Of a stretch of 64,000 bases of DNA, positions 10,401 through 19,145 are shown in pieces. Below the pieces are notes generated by a model that was not told the origin of the DNA, searched no databases, and saw only the letters and a list, made by a program, of their open reading frames with translations. The position numbers and the translations under genes are program-made. The DNA lies in NCBI GenBank assembly GCA_963674735.2, contig CAXXQS010000001.1, positions 2,630,913 to 2,694,912 on the forward strand, given 5' to 3'. Each line of letters starts with the position of its first letter. Position 1 is the first letter of the stretch. Origin of the DNA: Myxococcota bacterium (lineage in GTDB: Bacteria; Myxococcota_A; SURF-8).

Positions 10401-10501
10401 CGGGCGGAAACGGTCCCGATATCGGGTTGGCTTTGTTATTGGCACTCATGGTTTGGCTGCGCCGACGATCGAATTCAAAAAGCGACTCTTGTTTTTCATA
10501 A
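7487..10501 (+). CDS. Secreted N-acetylmuramoyl-L-alanine amidase with golvesin/xanthan-lyase-like CBM, FN3 and MYXO-CTERM-like anchor
   Basis: Signal peptide; Amidase_3 motifs VSPGHG, ISLHSNA, LIEVGFHD; VIADAVKFGGGMG; FN3 (YAFKVAAVNAGGES); C-terminal GC..hydrophobic..RRRS. Confidence 0.85.
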   Translation: MRIFTLFGLILHFGITVSLYAAPLVSETDVSLTTLIAAHPTVFGPKTRLLADRRSGNALQVTLSQDFLPLTADLARVEQVVQLLATRMGDATQLHVFIDTPNGPRALDDFVKQPSPTTFVNPPAPLPSLEAVPEQAAFPFSGGLSGKRIVVSPGHGWYWVESLGDWYTQRPLINGIIEDFTNWRMAAHVITAFEHAGAEVYSCRERDRNTTEIIVDDETGAPAYQDGPEWQTSDYTGFVGDTYRFTYTSSEDGAWAWWRPDFPKTDDYAVYLAFRSGENRVTDAHYIIRHAGGDSRITVNQEINSLRWLYIGTYRFREGSAYGEGVALSPQSDQDGAVIADAVKFGGGMGSLSRDGATSNKPRWEEAARYWVEFVGAPPEAYNSTMEDNSGDVTARPKYANWQGADAYISLHSNAAGSPNLGYGTDTFMYNGDATEGSETWRGLVHEHVVTAIRSEWDPTWTDRGVKSANFGELRELASMPGCLIEVGFHDTEYDSVFLRRPPFRETVARAIVKAAYDFFDVPAPLYPLPVRNLRALPATPGVLRLMWEPTSDRTWGTETAPDHYRIYLSEGGQGFDNGLVTTAETHYDFNDLEAGSLYAFKVAAVNAGGESLASEPVAVRLQGSDFPQILIVNGFNRLDRSVQEEENTGEYGLIHAADIAAGGDYYFVSASDEAVEQGLVDLTPFDLVDWIAGEEAMLPGEPATYRSFSSAARTQLQTYLAAGGALFVSGSEIGWDMAVSAEGEADYLAFYTDTLKAAYVADDADTYSLSGTVDGLFDGMTFGFDDGSHGIYDVDWPDVISPATDSGATLCLTYETPSKGAGICAPDLVYLGIPFETLQPPDTRREVMQRILGHLTSEGNPPVVPDGDADSELDGDWEYDTDFEAWPDGDFEYTEFVETDAKTPIDDFPLPDGDVGPNDETDPPDGDVNGETDGDGTDEPTTPSSCLPGYSLQGDRCVQDQAEGSDGCRNTGGNGPDIGLALLLALMVWLRRRSNSKSDSCFS

Positions 10502-10543
10502 TGATTTCCACGATGTCGGCACTTTGCAAGCGGAAAAATCCGC

Positions 10544-10572
10544 TTGACTTGACAAGCGTTTGATCATAAGAT
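10544..10572 (+). promoter_or_regulatory. Sigma70-like promoter for giant lipoprotein
   Basis: TTGACT-17 nt-TAAGAT, overlapping short inverted repeats (AAGCGGA..TCCGCTT). Confidence 0.5.
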
Positions 10573-10648
10573 GATAAAGATAGGAGCCACGCGGTATCTC
10601 ACAATTTATGGAAGTGTTACCTTCATCATGTAGTCCAGGAGCGAACAC

Positions 10649-13600
10649 ATGCACACGATAAGTTTATCGATGGGGCGTCGGACCCTATGGGTCCTTCTGT
10701 TGGCGCTGCTTCTTTTCGCAACCGCCGCCTGCAGCGATAGTAACAATCAGGCTGTGCCGGGCGACAACGAGGTGGCCACCGACGGCGATACCGGTCCAAT
10801 CGACGATGAATGTACGCTCGACAGCGAGTGCATCGACACGTACGGAAGCGGCTACGTGTGCTTCCTGGGCGCCTGCGTGACACAGAACAGTTGCGCCGAC
10901 ACGTCCCTGGGCGACTGCGCCTTCGATAACGATTGCAATGCCGGTGAATATTGCGACGACACCTGCACCTGCACCGAATATGTCGACACCGACGGCGACG
11001 ACCCCTCCGATGGCGACGGCGGTGACGACAATTGGGATTGCAACAAGCAGCCCTGTATCACGATCAGCCCCAGCCGACTCAACTTCGGAGCCGTGGTGCT
11101 CAACGAATCCGGCCTGCAAACCTTCAACATCCGCAACGACGGCGGCGACGTGCTGGAAATCATCTCGATGGAATTCAGCAACGACACCAGCCCCGACTAC
11201 GACTGGCAAGCCCGCCCCCAACTTCCCCTGCGCCTATCTCCCGGCGAATCTCAAGGTTACTCGATCCTGCTCACGCCAACCGATCCGGGTAAAGACCTCG
11301 GCAAAGTGGAAATCGTCTGCAACGATTTGAGCCGCACCGCCAATAACGGACAACCAGTGGTGATTCTGGAAAGCGAAGAAAAGGGCACCTCCGAGATTTT
11401 CGTCTCGCCGACGGAATACGATTTCGGCGAAGTCGAGGTCGGCAGCCAGGAAATCCCCCTGCAGATCACCCTCAAAAACGTGCGCCCCGACACCCAGGAT
11501 GAAGTGAACAAAACCCTGAGTATCCTCGGTATTACACTCGATCCGCCACCCTCCCAGCAGCCGAATTTCCGTTTACAGGAGAACCTGAGCGACAGCATCC
11601 CGATTTACCTCGGACCCGAAAACACCGCCTTCTTCTTCGTGTATTACCGGCCGCAAACGGAAGGCGTCCACGACGTGCGGATCGTCATCACGCATGATGC
11701 CGATACCAACCCGTACTCCCCTCCCAGCCCGAACAACCAAGTGTATGTGGATCTGGAAGGCAGCGGGGTACAACCCTGCCTGGAAGTCGAGCCCAACCCC
11801 ATCGATTTCGGAAAAATCACCGTCGGCCAGACCACCTCGAAGGAAGTCGCTTTACGCGCGGCCTGCGGCGGCACGATCGAAATCTGCGGCATCGAATGGC
11901 AGACCCCACCCGACGAGGATGAATTGAAGCTCGACGTCCGCGGCGGCGTGGCCAGCGCCATCATTCCGCCCAATCAATATCAAACATTCCGCGTGGAGGC
12001 ATCTCCACAAACGTTGGGTTTCCAGCAATACTTCATCAACATCTGCAGCAACGACATCGACGAACCGACCCAGAAAATACCGGTCCAATTTGAAGGCGTC
12101 CAGAGCCTGATCGTGGTGCAGCCCACCGTGATCGACTTCGGCCGGGTGTTGCTCGAATCCACCGATTCCGAAACCCTCACCGTTACAAACATGGGCACCG
12201 GCCAACTCGATATCACCAGTATCACGGTCACCAACCCCACCGAAGACGCGCAAGCGTTTACGCTCGATCCGGTCGACGCGCAGTCCCTGCCCGTTACTTT
12301 GGACTATACCGCATCGGAGACATTCACCATCCGTTACACGCCGCGCCATCAGCAGGAACTGTTCGTCCATGAAGGAAAACTGACCATCCACACCAACAAC
12401 CCCACCACACCGCAGTACGACGTTACCGTGCGTGGAACGGCTGTGTGGCCCTGGTGTCAATTCTCCGTGGTCGGCGATCCCAACTTCGTCGACACGATCG
12501 ATTTCGGTGAAGTGGCCATCGGCACCTCGAAAACCAACAAACTGCGTGTCACCAATGAAGGCTCTTACAAATGCGAAGTTCCGCAGGTGAAGGTCATCTC
12601 GGGCACCAGCGAGTTTTACACCGTCTGGCCACCGAGCAACACGGGCATCGAACCCGGCGACCACTTCGATTTCGACATCACTTATGAACCGCAGCTTTAC
12701 ACCGGTCAACACAACGCGGTATTGCAGGCGCAAACCAACGATTTTCGGCCCGACCATGCCGAGGCCGATTTCAACCTTCATGGTTCGGGCGTTAACCCTG
12801 TGATCGCCGTATCACCGCCGACCACCTTGGCGTCTCCCCACGATTTCGGCGAAGTCGAAAACAACACCTGCAAGGGACCGGTGGAAATCCGGGTGCAGAA
12901 CATCGGCTTCGGAACCCTGGTCATCGATGAAATCGGGATCGCACTGATGAGCGTCGAAGAGGCCTGGCCGATGGTCAACTTCGATCCACCCCTGGTGGAA
13001 TCGGTTGAAATCGCCCCCAATTCCAGCCAGGAACCCAACAAAGAATGGGTATTCACGGTGGATTTCTGCCCCTATCATTACCTCTTCCAGCACAAGCTTC
13101 ACCTGTGGATCCACTCCAACGACCCGGTCAACGAGTTGACTTGGGTGTATTTCGAAGGCACGGGCGTGCCCTGCCAGGACGAGCATTACACCATCGACCC
13201 CGAAGATCCCTGCGGGTACTACTGCTTCCGGCCCACCCCGGAATCCCAGGTGCCGTATGAAATCTGCGACGGCTACGACAACGATTGCGACGGAAACACC
13301 GATGAAGACTTCCCCATCGGCGTGCAGTGCGACGGCGTCGGCGCCTGCGGGCTGGGCACCTATGAGTGCGCGGGCGATCGTTTCTCGGTGCGCTGCTCCA
13401 CCGACGTGGGCGGCTCGCAGTTCGTCTACAACGAGGAAGTGTGCGACACCCTCGACAACGATTGCGACGGAGAAACCGACGAAAACTTCCTCGTCGGCGA
13501 AATCTGCGTCGGCGAAGGCGAATGCGGTCTCGGTGAATGGCGCTGTAAAACGGCTTCCGAAGCCTACTGCAACGCCAACGACAACGGGGCAGCGGACGAC

Positions 13601-15526
13601 CAATGCGATGGACTGGACAACGACTGCGATGGCGAAGTCGACGAAGATCCTTATTTCGTCGCTTACAAAGGCGATCCGGCTCCCCGCTGCAACGATAACG
13701 GCCACTGCATCGGCGACTTGTGCACCGGTCAGGGCGGTTGCGGCACGGAAGGCTTCGGCTTCATCGAATGCGCTTCGCCCCTGACCATCGACGACAAATA
13801 CTGGGTGCAGTGTTCCTCCGATCCGCACGGCAGCACCAGCTCGAACTCCTATGAAGTCTGCAACGACCAGGACGACGACTGCGATAGCGAGACCGATGAG
13901 GATTATTTCACCGGTCGTTACGATCAGGAACCCCATCTGGTGGGAACTCAATGCCAAGGCCAGGGCGTTTGCGGCTTCGGCGTATGGGAATGCGACCCGC
14001 GCAACTTCCTGCAGGTTATCTGCTCGACCGACATCGGCGGCAGCGACTATATCTTCCAACAGGAAACCTGCGACGGCTTCGATAACGATTGCGACGGCAT
14101 GACCGACGAGGATTTCAGCATCTACGATCCGCAAGGCAACCCGGTATCCTGTTCGGGAACGGGCGAATGCGGACAAGGCGTATGGGAATGCCACCCCAAC
14201 GGCACCACCCGCCGCTGTTCCAGCGATCCGGGCGGCAGCGACTACATCTACTTCCAGGATTTCTGCGACGGACTGGATAACGATTGCGACGGGGAAACCG
14301 ACGAAAGCTACAACATCAACGATCCCTGCATCGGAATCGGCCAATGCGGCTCCGGTGTCTGGGAATGCGACACCACCACGACGGTGCGCTGCTCCACCAA
14401 CCCCGGCGGATCCGAAAACATGGCCGAGCCGGAATTATGCGATAACCTGGACAACAACTGCAACGGTCTCACCGACGATTTCATGCAGGTCGGCCAACCC
14501 TGCGAAGGTTTGGGAGAATGCGGACCGGGCATTTACGAGTGTAAAAACTTAAACGAGCAACGCTGCTCCACCGACTATTCCGGCAGCCAGTACCAAGGCT
14601 CCCCCGACATCTGCGATGGGTTGGACAACAACTGCAACGGCCAGACGGATGAAGATTACGGTGCAGGCCAAACCTGTATCGGTATCGGCGTCTGCGGGGA
14701 AGTGCCGGGCGAGTGGGAGTGCGCCAGCACAAACTCGCGCCGCTGCTCCACCATGCCGGGCGGCAGCGCAGACCGCAGTTCGGAAGAAATCTGCAACGAG
14801 AAGGATGACGATTGCAATGGGTACGTCGATGAGACCTTCGACTTCTCGACCGATCCCAGCAACTGCGGCGGATGCAACATCGACTGTGAAGCCCCCAACG
14901 GCGTACCCGACTGCGACAATGGTCGGTGTGTCGTCGCGGGATGTTCATCCGGTTATTACGACATCGATGGCGAAGCCGATAATGGTTGCGAATGCCTCGT
15001 GGATTCCTCCGACAGCGGAGGCGTCGGAAATTCTTGCGGGAATTCCGTGCAGACCAACCCCCCGATCCTGATCGACAACAACCACCAGTATGCGCTGGTA
15101 TCTGGAAACATTGCCCCGCTGACCGATGCCGATTGGTTCCAGTTTCAAGCGCAGGACGGCCCGGAATCGGGCCCGAACTACTGTGACGAATTCTTCGTAT
15201 CGGTTCAATTCACGAACAACCCGGACGCCGAATTCGCCTTCGACATCTACCTGAACGACTGCGCGGAGATGGTCTGCACCGGTGAAACGAACTACAATTT
15301 CGCCACCGACGACAAATTCCCTCCCGTTACGGCGGATGACAAAGCCTGGGGCCGCGGCCATTGCCCGTGCAAACCGACGGCGCAAAGTGTCACCGGGTTC
15401 AACAATTGCGAAACGCAGAATCTGACCTTCTTCGTAAAGGTCTACCGAGCGCTATCGGCGGGCCAAAGCCCGACCTGCAGCACGTATGAACTGGAGGTAT
15501 CCAACGGGCTATACAGCAGCCCGTAA
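10649..15526 (+). CDS. Giant surface lipoprotein: 6 choice-of-anchor D/ASH Ig-like domains plus 9 MopE-type Cys repeats
   Basis: Lipobox ATAAC; six (D/N)FGxV domain starts; nine C(D/N)xxD(N/D)(D/N)C(D/N)(G/S)x(T/V)D(E/D) repeats; TDPSNCGGC motif. Confidence 0.85.
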   Translation: MHTISLSMGRRTLWVLLLALLLFATAACSDSNNQAVPGDNEVATDGDTGPIDDECTLDSECIDTYGSGYVCFLGACVTQNSCADTSLGDCAFDNDCNAGEYCDDTCTCTEYVDTDGDDPSDGDGGDDNWDCNKQPCITISPSRLNFGAVVLNESGLQTFNIRNDGGDVLEIISMEFSNDTSPDYDWQARPQLPLRLSPGESQGYSILLTPTDPGKDLGKVEIVCNDLSRTANNGQPVVILESEEKGTSEIFVSPTEYDFGEVEVGSQEIPLQITLKNVRPDTQDEVNKTLSILGITLDPPPSQQPNFRLQENLSDSIPIYLGPENTAFFFVYYRPQTEGVHDVRIVITHDADTNPYSPPSPNNQVYVDLEGSGVQPCLEVEPNPIDFGKITVGQTTSKEVALRAACGGTIEICGIEWQTPPDEDELKLDVRGGVASAIIPPNQYQTFRVEASPQTLGFQQYFINICSNDIDEPTQKIPVQFEGVQSLIVVQPTVIDFGRVLLESTDSETLTVTNMGTGQLDITSITVTNPTEDAQAFTLDPVDAQSLPVTLDYTASETFTIRYTPRHQQELFVHEGKLTIHTNNPTTPQYDVTVRGTAVWPWCQFSVVGDPNFVDTIDFGEVAIGTSKTNKLRVTNEGSYKCEVPQVKVISGTSEFYTVWPPSNTGIEPGDHFDFDITYEPQLYTGQHNAVLQAQTNDFRPDHAEADFNLHGSGVNPVIAVSPPTTLASPHDFGEVENNTCKGPVEIRVQNIGFGTLVIDEIGIALMSVEEAWPMVNFDPPLVESVEIAPNSSQEPNKEWVFTVDFCPYHYLFQHKLHLWIHSNDPVNELTWVYFEGTGVPCQDEHYTIDPEDPCGYYCFRPTPESQVPYEICDGYDNDCDGNTDEDFPIGVQCDGVGACGLGTYECAGDRFSVRCSTDVGGSQFVYNEEVCDTLDNDCDGETDENFLVGEICVGEGECGLGEWRCKTASEAYCNANDNGAADDQCDGLDNDCDGEVDEDPYFVAYKGDPAPRCNDNGHCIGDLCTGQGGCGTEGFGFIECASPLTIDDKYWVQCSSDPHGSTSSNSYEVCNDQDDDCDSETDEDYFTGRYDQEPHLVGTQCQGQGVCGFGVWECDPRNFLQVICSTDIGGSDYIFQQETCDGFDNDCDGMTDEDFSIYDPQGNPVSCSGTGECGQGVWECHPNGTTRRCSSDPGGSDYIYFQDFCDGLDNDCDGETDESYNINDPCIGIGQCGSGVWECDTTTTVRCSTNPGGSENMAEPELCDNLDNNCNGLTDDFMQVGQPCEGLGECGPGIYECKNLNEQRCSTDYSGSQYQGSPDICDGLDNNCNGQTDEDYGAGQTCIGIGVCGEVPGEWECASTNSRRCSTMPGGSADRSSEEICNEKDDDCNGYVDETFDFSTDPSNCGGCNIDCEAPNGVPDCDNGRCVVAGCSSGYYDIDGEADNGCECLVDSSDSGGVGNSCGNSVQTNPPILIDNNHQYALVSGNIAPLTDADWFQFQAQDGPESGPNYCDEFFVSVQFTNNPDAEFAFDIYLNDCAEMVCTGETNYNFATDDKFPPVTADDKAWGRGHCPCKPTAQSVTGFNNCETQNLTFFVKVYRALSAGQSPTCSTYELEVSNGLYSSP

Positions 15527-15598
15527 ACCGGCGTTTGTGCTGGCTGTTTAAGCTGAATGGAAACACGTACACCCGGATATCGGTAGGGGATTGGAAAA

Positions 15599-15817
15599 AT
15601 GATGCAGGCACGCTTACACAAGAAGCTTTATAGCTCCGCCGGTGTAAAAAATGCAATCTCGGCTTACAGCGAGCTTTGTCATAGCGAAATGGCGAAGGAT
15701 GGCGATCATTATGTGGTAACCTTCTCCGCCATCGACCCCGACATCAAGGATGTTCTGGTCGATGAATTCGCCAACTACGCGCTGTATGGCACGATTGCAG
15801 GAAAGAAGACATGGTAG
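15599..15817 (+). CDS. HxsD-like protein of a His-Xaa-Ser system
   Basis: 72 aa; KKLYS..VK.AI.AY and C-terminal EFANYAL; overlaps the hxsB start. Confidence 0.75.
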   Translation: MMQARLHKKLYSSAGVKNAISAYSELCHSEMAKDGDHYVVTFSAIDPDIKDVLVDEFANYALYGTIAGKKTW

Positions 15818-17292
15818 TCAACCCCAAGAAAATCAATAAATCACTCGCCAATATTCGCTTTCGGCGATTGAACGACCAGATTCTGGTCACCAACGATCTC
15901 GGCCGCTGGATCTGGCTGTCCGAGGAGCAGTTCGAACAACTTCTGAACGACGATGTCGAGGCGGATTCCGACTTGCATCAATCCCTGAACCAAAAGGAAT
16001 TCCTGCGCGATCCCAATTATCTGCATCGGGCGACCGACATCACACGCTGGCGTAGCGAATTTCTGAACTCGGGTCCGAATCTGCACATCATGATTCTGAC
16101 TCTGCGCTGCAACTACACCTGTCGCTATTGCCACGCCTCGCGCGAAGCCATGGACCGACAGGAATTCGACATGCCGATCGAACGGGCGCGTCAGGTAATC
16201 GACGCGATTTTCGACAGTCCCTCCCCGGCGGTCAACATCGAGTTTCAGGGTGGCGAGCCGCTGGCCAACTGGGATGCATTGCGGTTTGCGGTGGAATACG
16301 CCACCGAGAAAAACGCCCAGGCCGGAAAAGATCTGGCGTTCACCCTGGTTTCCAATCTCAGCTTGATGGACGACGAGAAACTGGCTTTCCTGTTGGACAA
16401 CAACGTTTACGTTTGCACATCTCTGGACGGTCCGAAGGAACTCCACGAAAAGAACCGCGTGTGGTGCGATGGATCGAGCTACGACGCCACCGTACAATGG
16501 ATTGAGCGCTTCCATGACGAATACAAAAAGCGCGGCTACGACCTGGACGTCTTTCACGTCGATGCCCTGATGACCACCACGCGCTTCTCGCTGCCGCTGT
16601 GGAAGGAAATCATCGATGAATACGTCAAACTCGGGCTGAAATCCATTCACCTGCGGCCGCTCAACCCCTTCGGTTTCGTCACCAAAACCTGGGAGCAGAT
16701 CGGTTACTCGATGGAGGAGTTCAACGATTTCTACGAGAAATCGCTGGAGTACATCATCCAGCTCAATCTCAAGGGAACCGAATTGATCGAACGCATGGCA
16801 GCCATCTACCTCACTCGCATTCTCACCGACCGCGACCCCAACTACATGGAATTGCGTTCGCCTTGCGGGGCCGGCATCGGCCAGATCGCCTATAACTACG
16901 ACGGCAAGGTTTTCACCTGCGACGAAGGTCGCATGATGGATCAAATGGGCGACAGTATTTTCCAGATGGGTGAAATCGAGCATGATTGCTACAACGACAT
17001 GATCGAATCGGACGCCGTTCGAACCCTGGTTCTCGCCTCGGTGCAGGATGGCCTGCCCTTCTGCAGCGATTGCGCTTACAAGCCTTACTGCGGCGTTTGT
17101 CCGATATACAATTACGCCACCCAAGGCGATATCTTCGGCCAGATGCCGACCAACGGACGGTGCAAGCAGGCCATGGCCAGCTTCGACCGGCTGTTCACGT
17201 ACTTAATGAAAGAAGATCGCGATATTCAAAGCGTGTTCGAGCGTTGGATCACTGTGAAGTTCCGTCAAATCGACGCGTGTGATCCCTATTAA
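15811..17292 (+). CDS. hxsB: His-Xaa-Ser system radical SAM/SPASM maturase
   Basis: FRRL..ILVTNDLG N-terminus; LHIMILTLRCNYTCRYCHAS; IEFQGGEPL; LRSPCGAGIGQIAYNYDG.VFTCDEGRM; CSDCAYKPYCGVCP. Confidence 0.92.
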   Translation: MVVNPKKINKSLANIRFRRLNDQILVTNDLGRWIWLSEEQFEQLLNDDVEADSDLHQSLNQKEFLRDPNYLHRATDITRWRSEFLNSGPNLHIMILTLRCNYTCRYCHASREAMDRQEFDMPIERARQVIDAIFDSPSPAVNIEFQGGEPLANWDALRFAVEYATEKNAQAGKDLAFTLVSNLSLMDDEKLAFLLDNNVYVCTSLDGPKELHEKNRVWCDGSSYDATVQWIERFHDEYKKRGYDLDVFHVDALMTTTRFSLPLWKEIIDEYVKLGLKSIHLRPLNPFGFVTKTWEQIGYSMEEFNDFYEKSLEYIIQLNLKGTELIERMAAIYLTRILTDRDPNYMELRSPCGAGIGQIAYNYDGKVFTCDEGRMMDQMGDSIFQMGEIEHDCYNDMIESDAVRTLVLASVQDGLPFCSDCAYKPYCGVCPIYNYATQGDIFGQMPTNGRCKQAMASFDRLFTYLMKEDRDIQSVFERWITVKFRQIDACDPY

Positions 17293-17305
17293 GGAGGATC
17301 GGCGA

Positions 17306-17710
17306 ATGACCGCCAAAAAGATTCCGGAAATCAAGAAAAAGGTGAACATGTTCCTCCAAGGCGAGGAAGGAAAAATCACCAAGAAGCAGGCTCTTACCGT
17401 TTCAACCACCCTGATCCTCCTGGGACAAACGCTTTCCGCCGAAGCGGCCGAAACGGGCCACAGCGAGGCGGGACACGAGGACATGCATACCTGGGATCCG
17501 GGTGCGATGGAACATCCGATGGCCGCCGTGGATGGGCAACTGCACGCCGGACACTGCTCGCATGGTTCCCACGGCTCGCATGGTTCCCACGGCTCGCACG
17601 GCTCGCACGGTTCGCATGGTTCGCATGGTTCGCACGGCTCGCACGGCTCGCACGGTTCGCATGCTTCGCATGCCTCCCATGGTTCGCACGGCTCCCACGG
17701 AAGCTGGTGA
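17306..17710 (+). CDS. His-Xaa-Ser repeat precursor peptide (HxsA-like)
   Basis: AAGGAGG RBS; C-terminal HCS-(HGS)11-(HAS)2-(HGS)3-W; lies between two radical SAM genes. Confidence 0.92.
   Translation: MTAKKIPEIKKKVNMFLQGEEGKITKKQALTVSTTLILLGQTLSAEAAETGHSEAGHEDMHTWDPGAMEHPMAAVDGQLHAGHCSHGSHGSHGSHGSHGSHGSHGSHGSHGSHGSHGSHASHASHGSHGSHGSW
17552..17704 (+). repeat. 17 x 9-bp coding repeat (His-Xaa-Ser)
   Basis: CAY-GGN/GCN-TCN triplets with synonymous variation. Confidence 0.95.
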
Positions 17711-18675
17711 CCGTCGAACGCATGGCAACACCGAGCTTCAGTCGGCTGGCTTTCGTGCTCACCACCCGCTGCAGCTTGCGTTGTCGTTACTGCCCGGTCG
17801 ACAAAGACAATCGCTCGATGGCTCCGGATACGCTCCGACGAGCCATCGAGCTTTTTTATGGACCCGGAATCGAAGAAATCCGCACCAGCGGAGGCGATCC
17901 GCTGCAACGACTCGACCTGCTGGATCTTCTGCTTGAAACACTTCCCCCCCAAAGCCTCCTGCGACTGACCACCAACGGCTTAGGCTTGAACGAACAATTA
18001 CTCGATCGTTTCGACGCCGACCCGCGCATACGGCTTGTGGCCAGCGTCGATGGAACCCGCACAAGCCATTGTACCGAACGGCAAGCGGCATCGGGTGGCG
18101 ACAGCTACGCCTGGTTCGAACGCTACAGGGCGCGACTTGTCGCCTTTACCCATACCGTCACGCTCAATGTCGTCATCGCTCCCAGCCAGGCGGATCGCCT
18201 GGTTGAGAACATCGCTTATCTGGCCAAATGCGGTTTCCGCCGCTTCAATCTGCTACCGGCTTACTACGTCGAGTGGTCACCGGAAGCGATCGGAGCGCTT
18301 GCCCGCCAATTCGATAAGCTGGCCAAGTTCTGGGATGGCGCCTGGCGACGCGACCTTCGGCTCGAATGCGTCAACATGGAGCAACAAGCCGCCCAGCCTC
18401 TCTACACCGATGCATTGGTTATCGATACGGATGGCGAGATATACGACAACGACCTCATCACGACCCGTGCGCTTTCCCCCGACCGACATCGTTTTTCACT
18501 CGGCAACATCCACCAACTTGCCTCAATAAACGACCTTGACGAATCCCGCGCCCCGGTGTCCTGGTGGGAGGTTCTGGAGGCTCGTCTAGGCTCCGACATT
18601 ATGGAGGCTACACACCGAGTGGACGAACAGCTCACCGCCTTCATCTTGCGCCTGCAGAATCTTTGCGAGCCATAG
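17707..18675 (+). CDS. Second radical SAM enzyme of the His-Xaa-Ser cluster (HxsC position; no SPASM cysteines)
   Basis: TTRCSLRCRYC CxxxCxxC, SGGDPL, TTNG, SVDG; GTGA overlap with the precursor stop. Confidence 0.85.
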   Translation: MTVERMATPSFSRLAFVLTTRCSLRCRYCPVDKDNRSMAPDTLRRAIELFYGPGIEEIRTSGGDPLQRLDLLDLLLETLPPQSLLRLTTNGLGLNEQLLDRFDADPRIRLVASVDGTRTSHCTERQAASGGDSYAWFERYRARLVAFTHTVTLNVVIAPSQADRLVENIAYLAKCGFRRFNLLPAYYVEWSPEAIGALARQFDKLAKFWDGAWRRDLRLECVNMEQQAAQPLYTDALVIDTDGEIYDNDLITTRALSPDRHRFSLGNIHQLASINDLDESRAPVSWWEVLEARLGSDIMEATHRVDEQLTAFILRLQNLCEP

Positions 18676-18712
18676 CCGATTCATCATCTCACTTCTTTTC
18701 TTTTTCGAATGC

Positions 18713-18742
18713 TTGACATCCCAAACAGGGGGACGGTATAGT
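18713..18742 (+). promoter_or_regulatory. Sigma70-like promoter upstream of riboswitch
   Basis: TTGACA-18 nt-TATAGT. Confidence 0.7.
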
Positions 18743-18744
18743 CG

Positions 18745-18895
18745 GGGGGTCTTGTAGGCAGCGAATAGGGAAGATCGGTGAAACACCGACGCGGTCCCGC
18801 CGCCGTAAGCGAGGACGAAACCGGCATTGGCCACTGGGGTAAACCTGGGAAGGCGCCGGAAGTAGGATGATTCGCGAGCCGGAAAACCTGTCGCG
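18745..18895 (+). promoter_or_regulatory. Cobalamin (B12) riboswitch
   Basis: Ordered conserved blocks AATAGGGAA, CGGTGAAACACCG, CCCGCCGCCGTAA, GCCACTGG, CTGGGAAGGC, GAGCCGGAAAACCTG; upstream of a TonB receptor operon. Confidence 0.93.
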
Positions 18896-19145
18896 CCTGC
18901 TGCTGGGTATTGTCTCCTCGCGGAGGGAGAGTTGCCGGTGCCATCTTTTGGACCAGTCTCCTTTCGCCACGAGTCGACGCGTGTTGCAACACCCGTCCTT
19001 CGTGGCGTTTTTGTCGAAAGCACAGGTTTCGTCTGTGTATTCTCGGCACTCCTCCCCAAATTGCCAATACCCCATTCATCCGATGCTTCTATCTGGTCGC
19101 GTCCTTCGACGCTTGGAGTGTGTGTCGACGAATAAGGAGAAATCC

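Noticed and set aside
17330-17400. FLQGEEG as a Flp/type IV prepilin cleavage site
   Set aside because: Followed by KITKKQ rather than a hydrophobic segment with Glu+5.
17394-17952. Antisense ORFs with CEP, RAS or VRA repeats
   Set aside because: Shadow frames of the HGS repeat; the plus-strand frame has the RBS, operon context and synonymous variation.
18867-19145. 93-aa N-terminal extension of the B12 lipoprotein ORF
   Set aside because: Overlaps the riboswitch and platform; the true start has an RBS and signal peptide at 19146.
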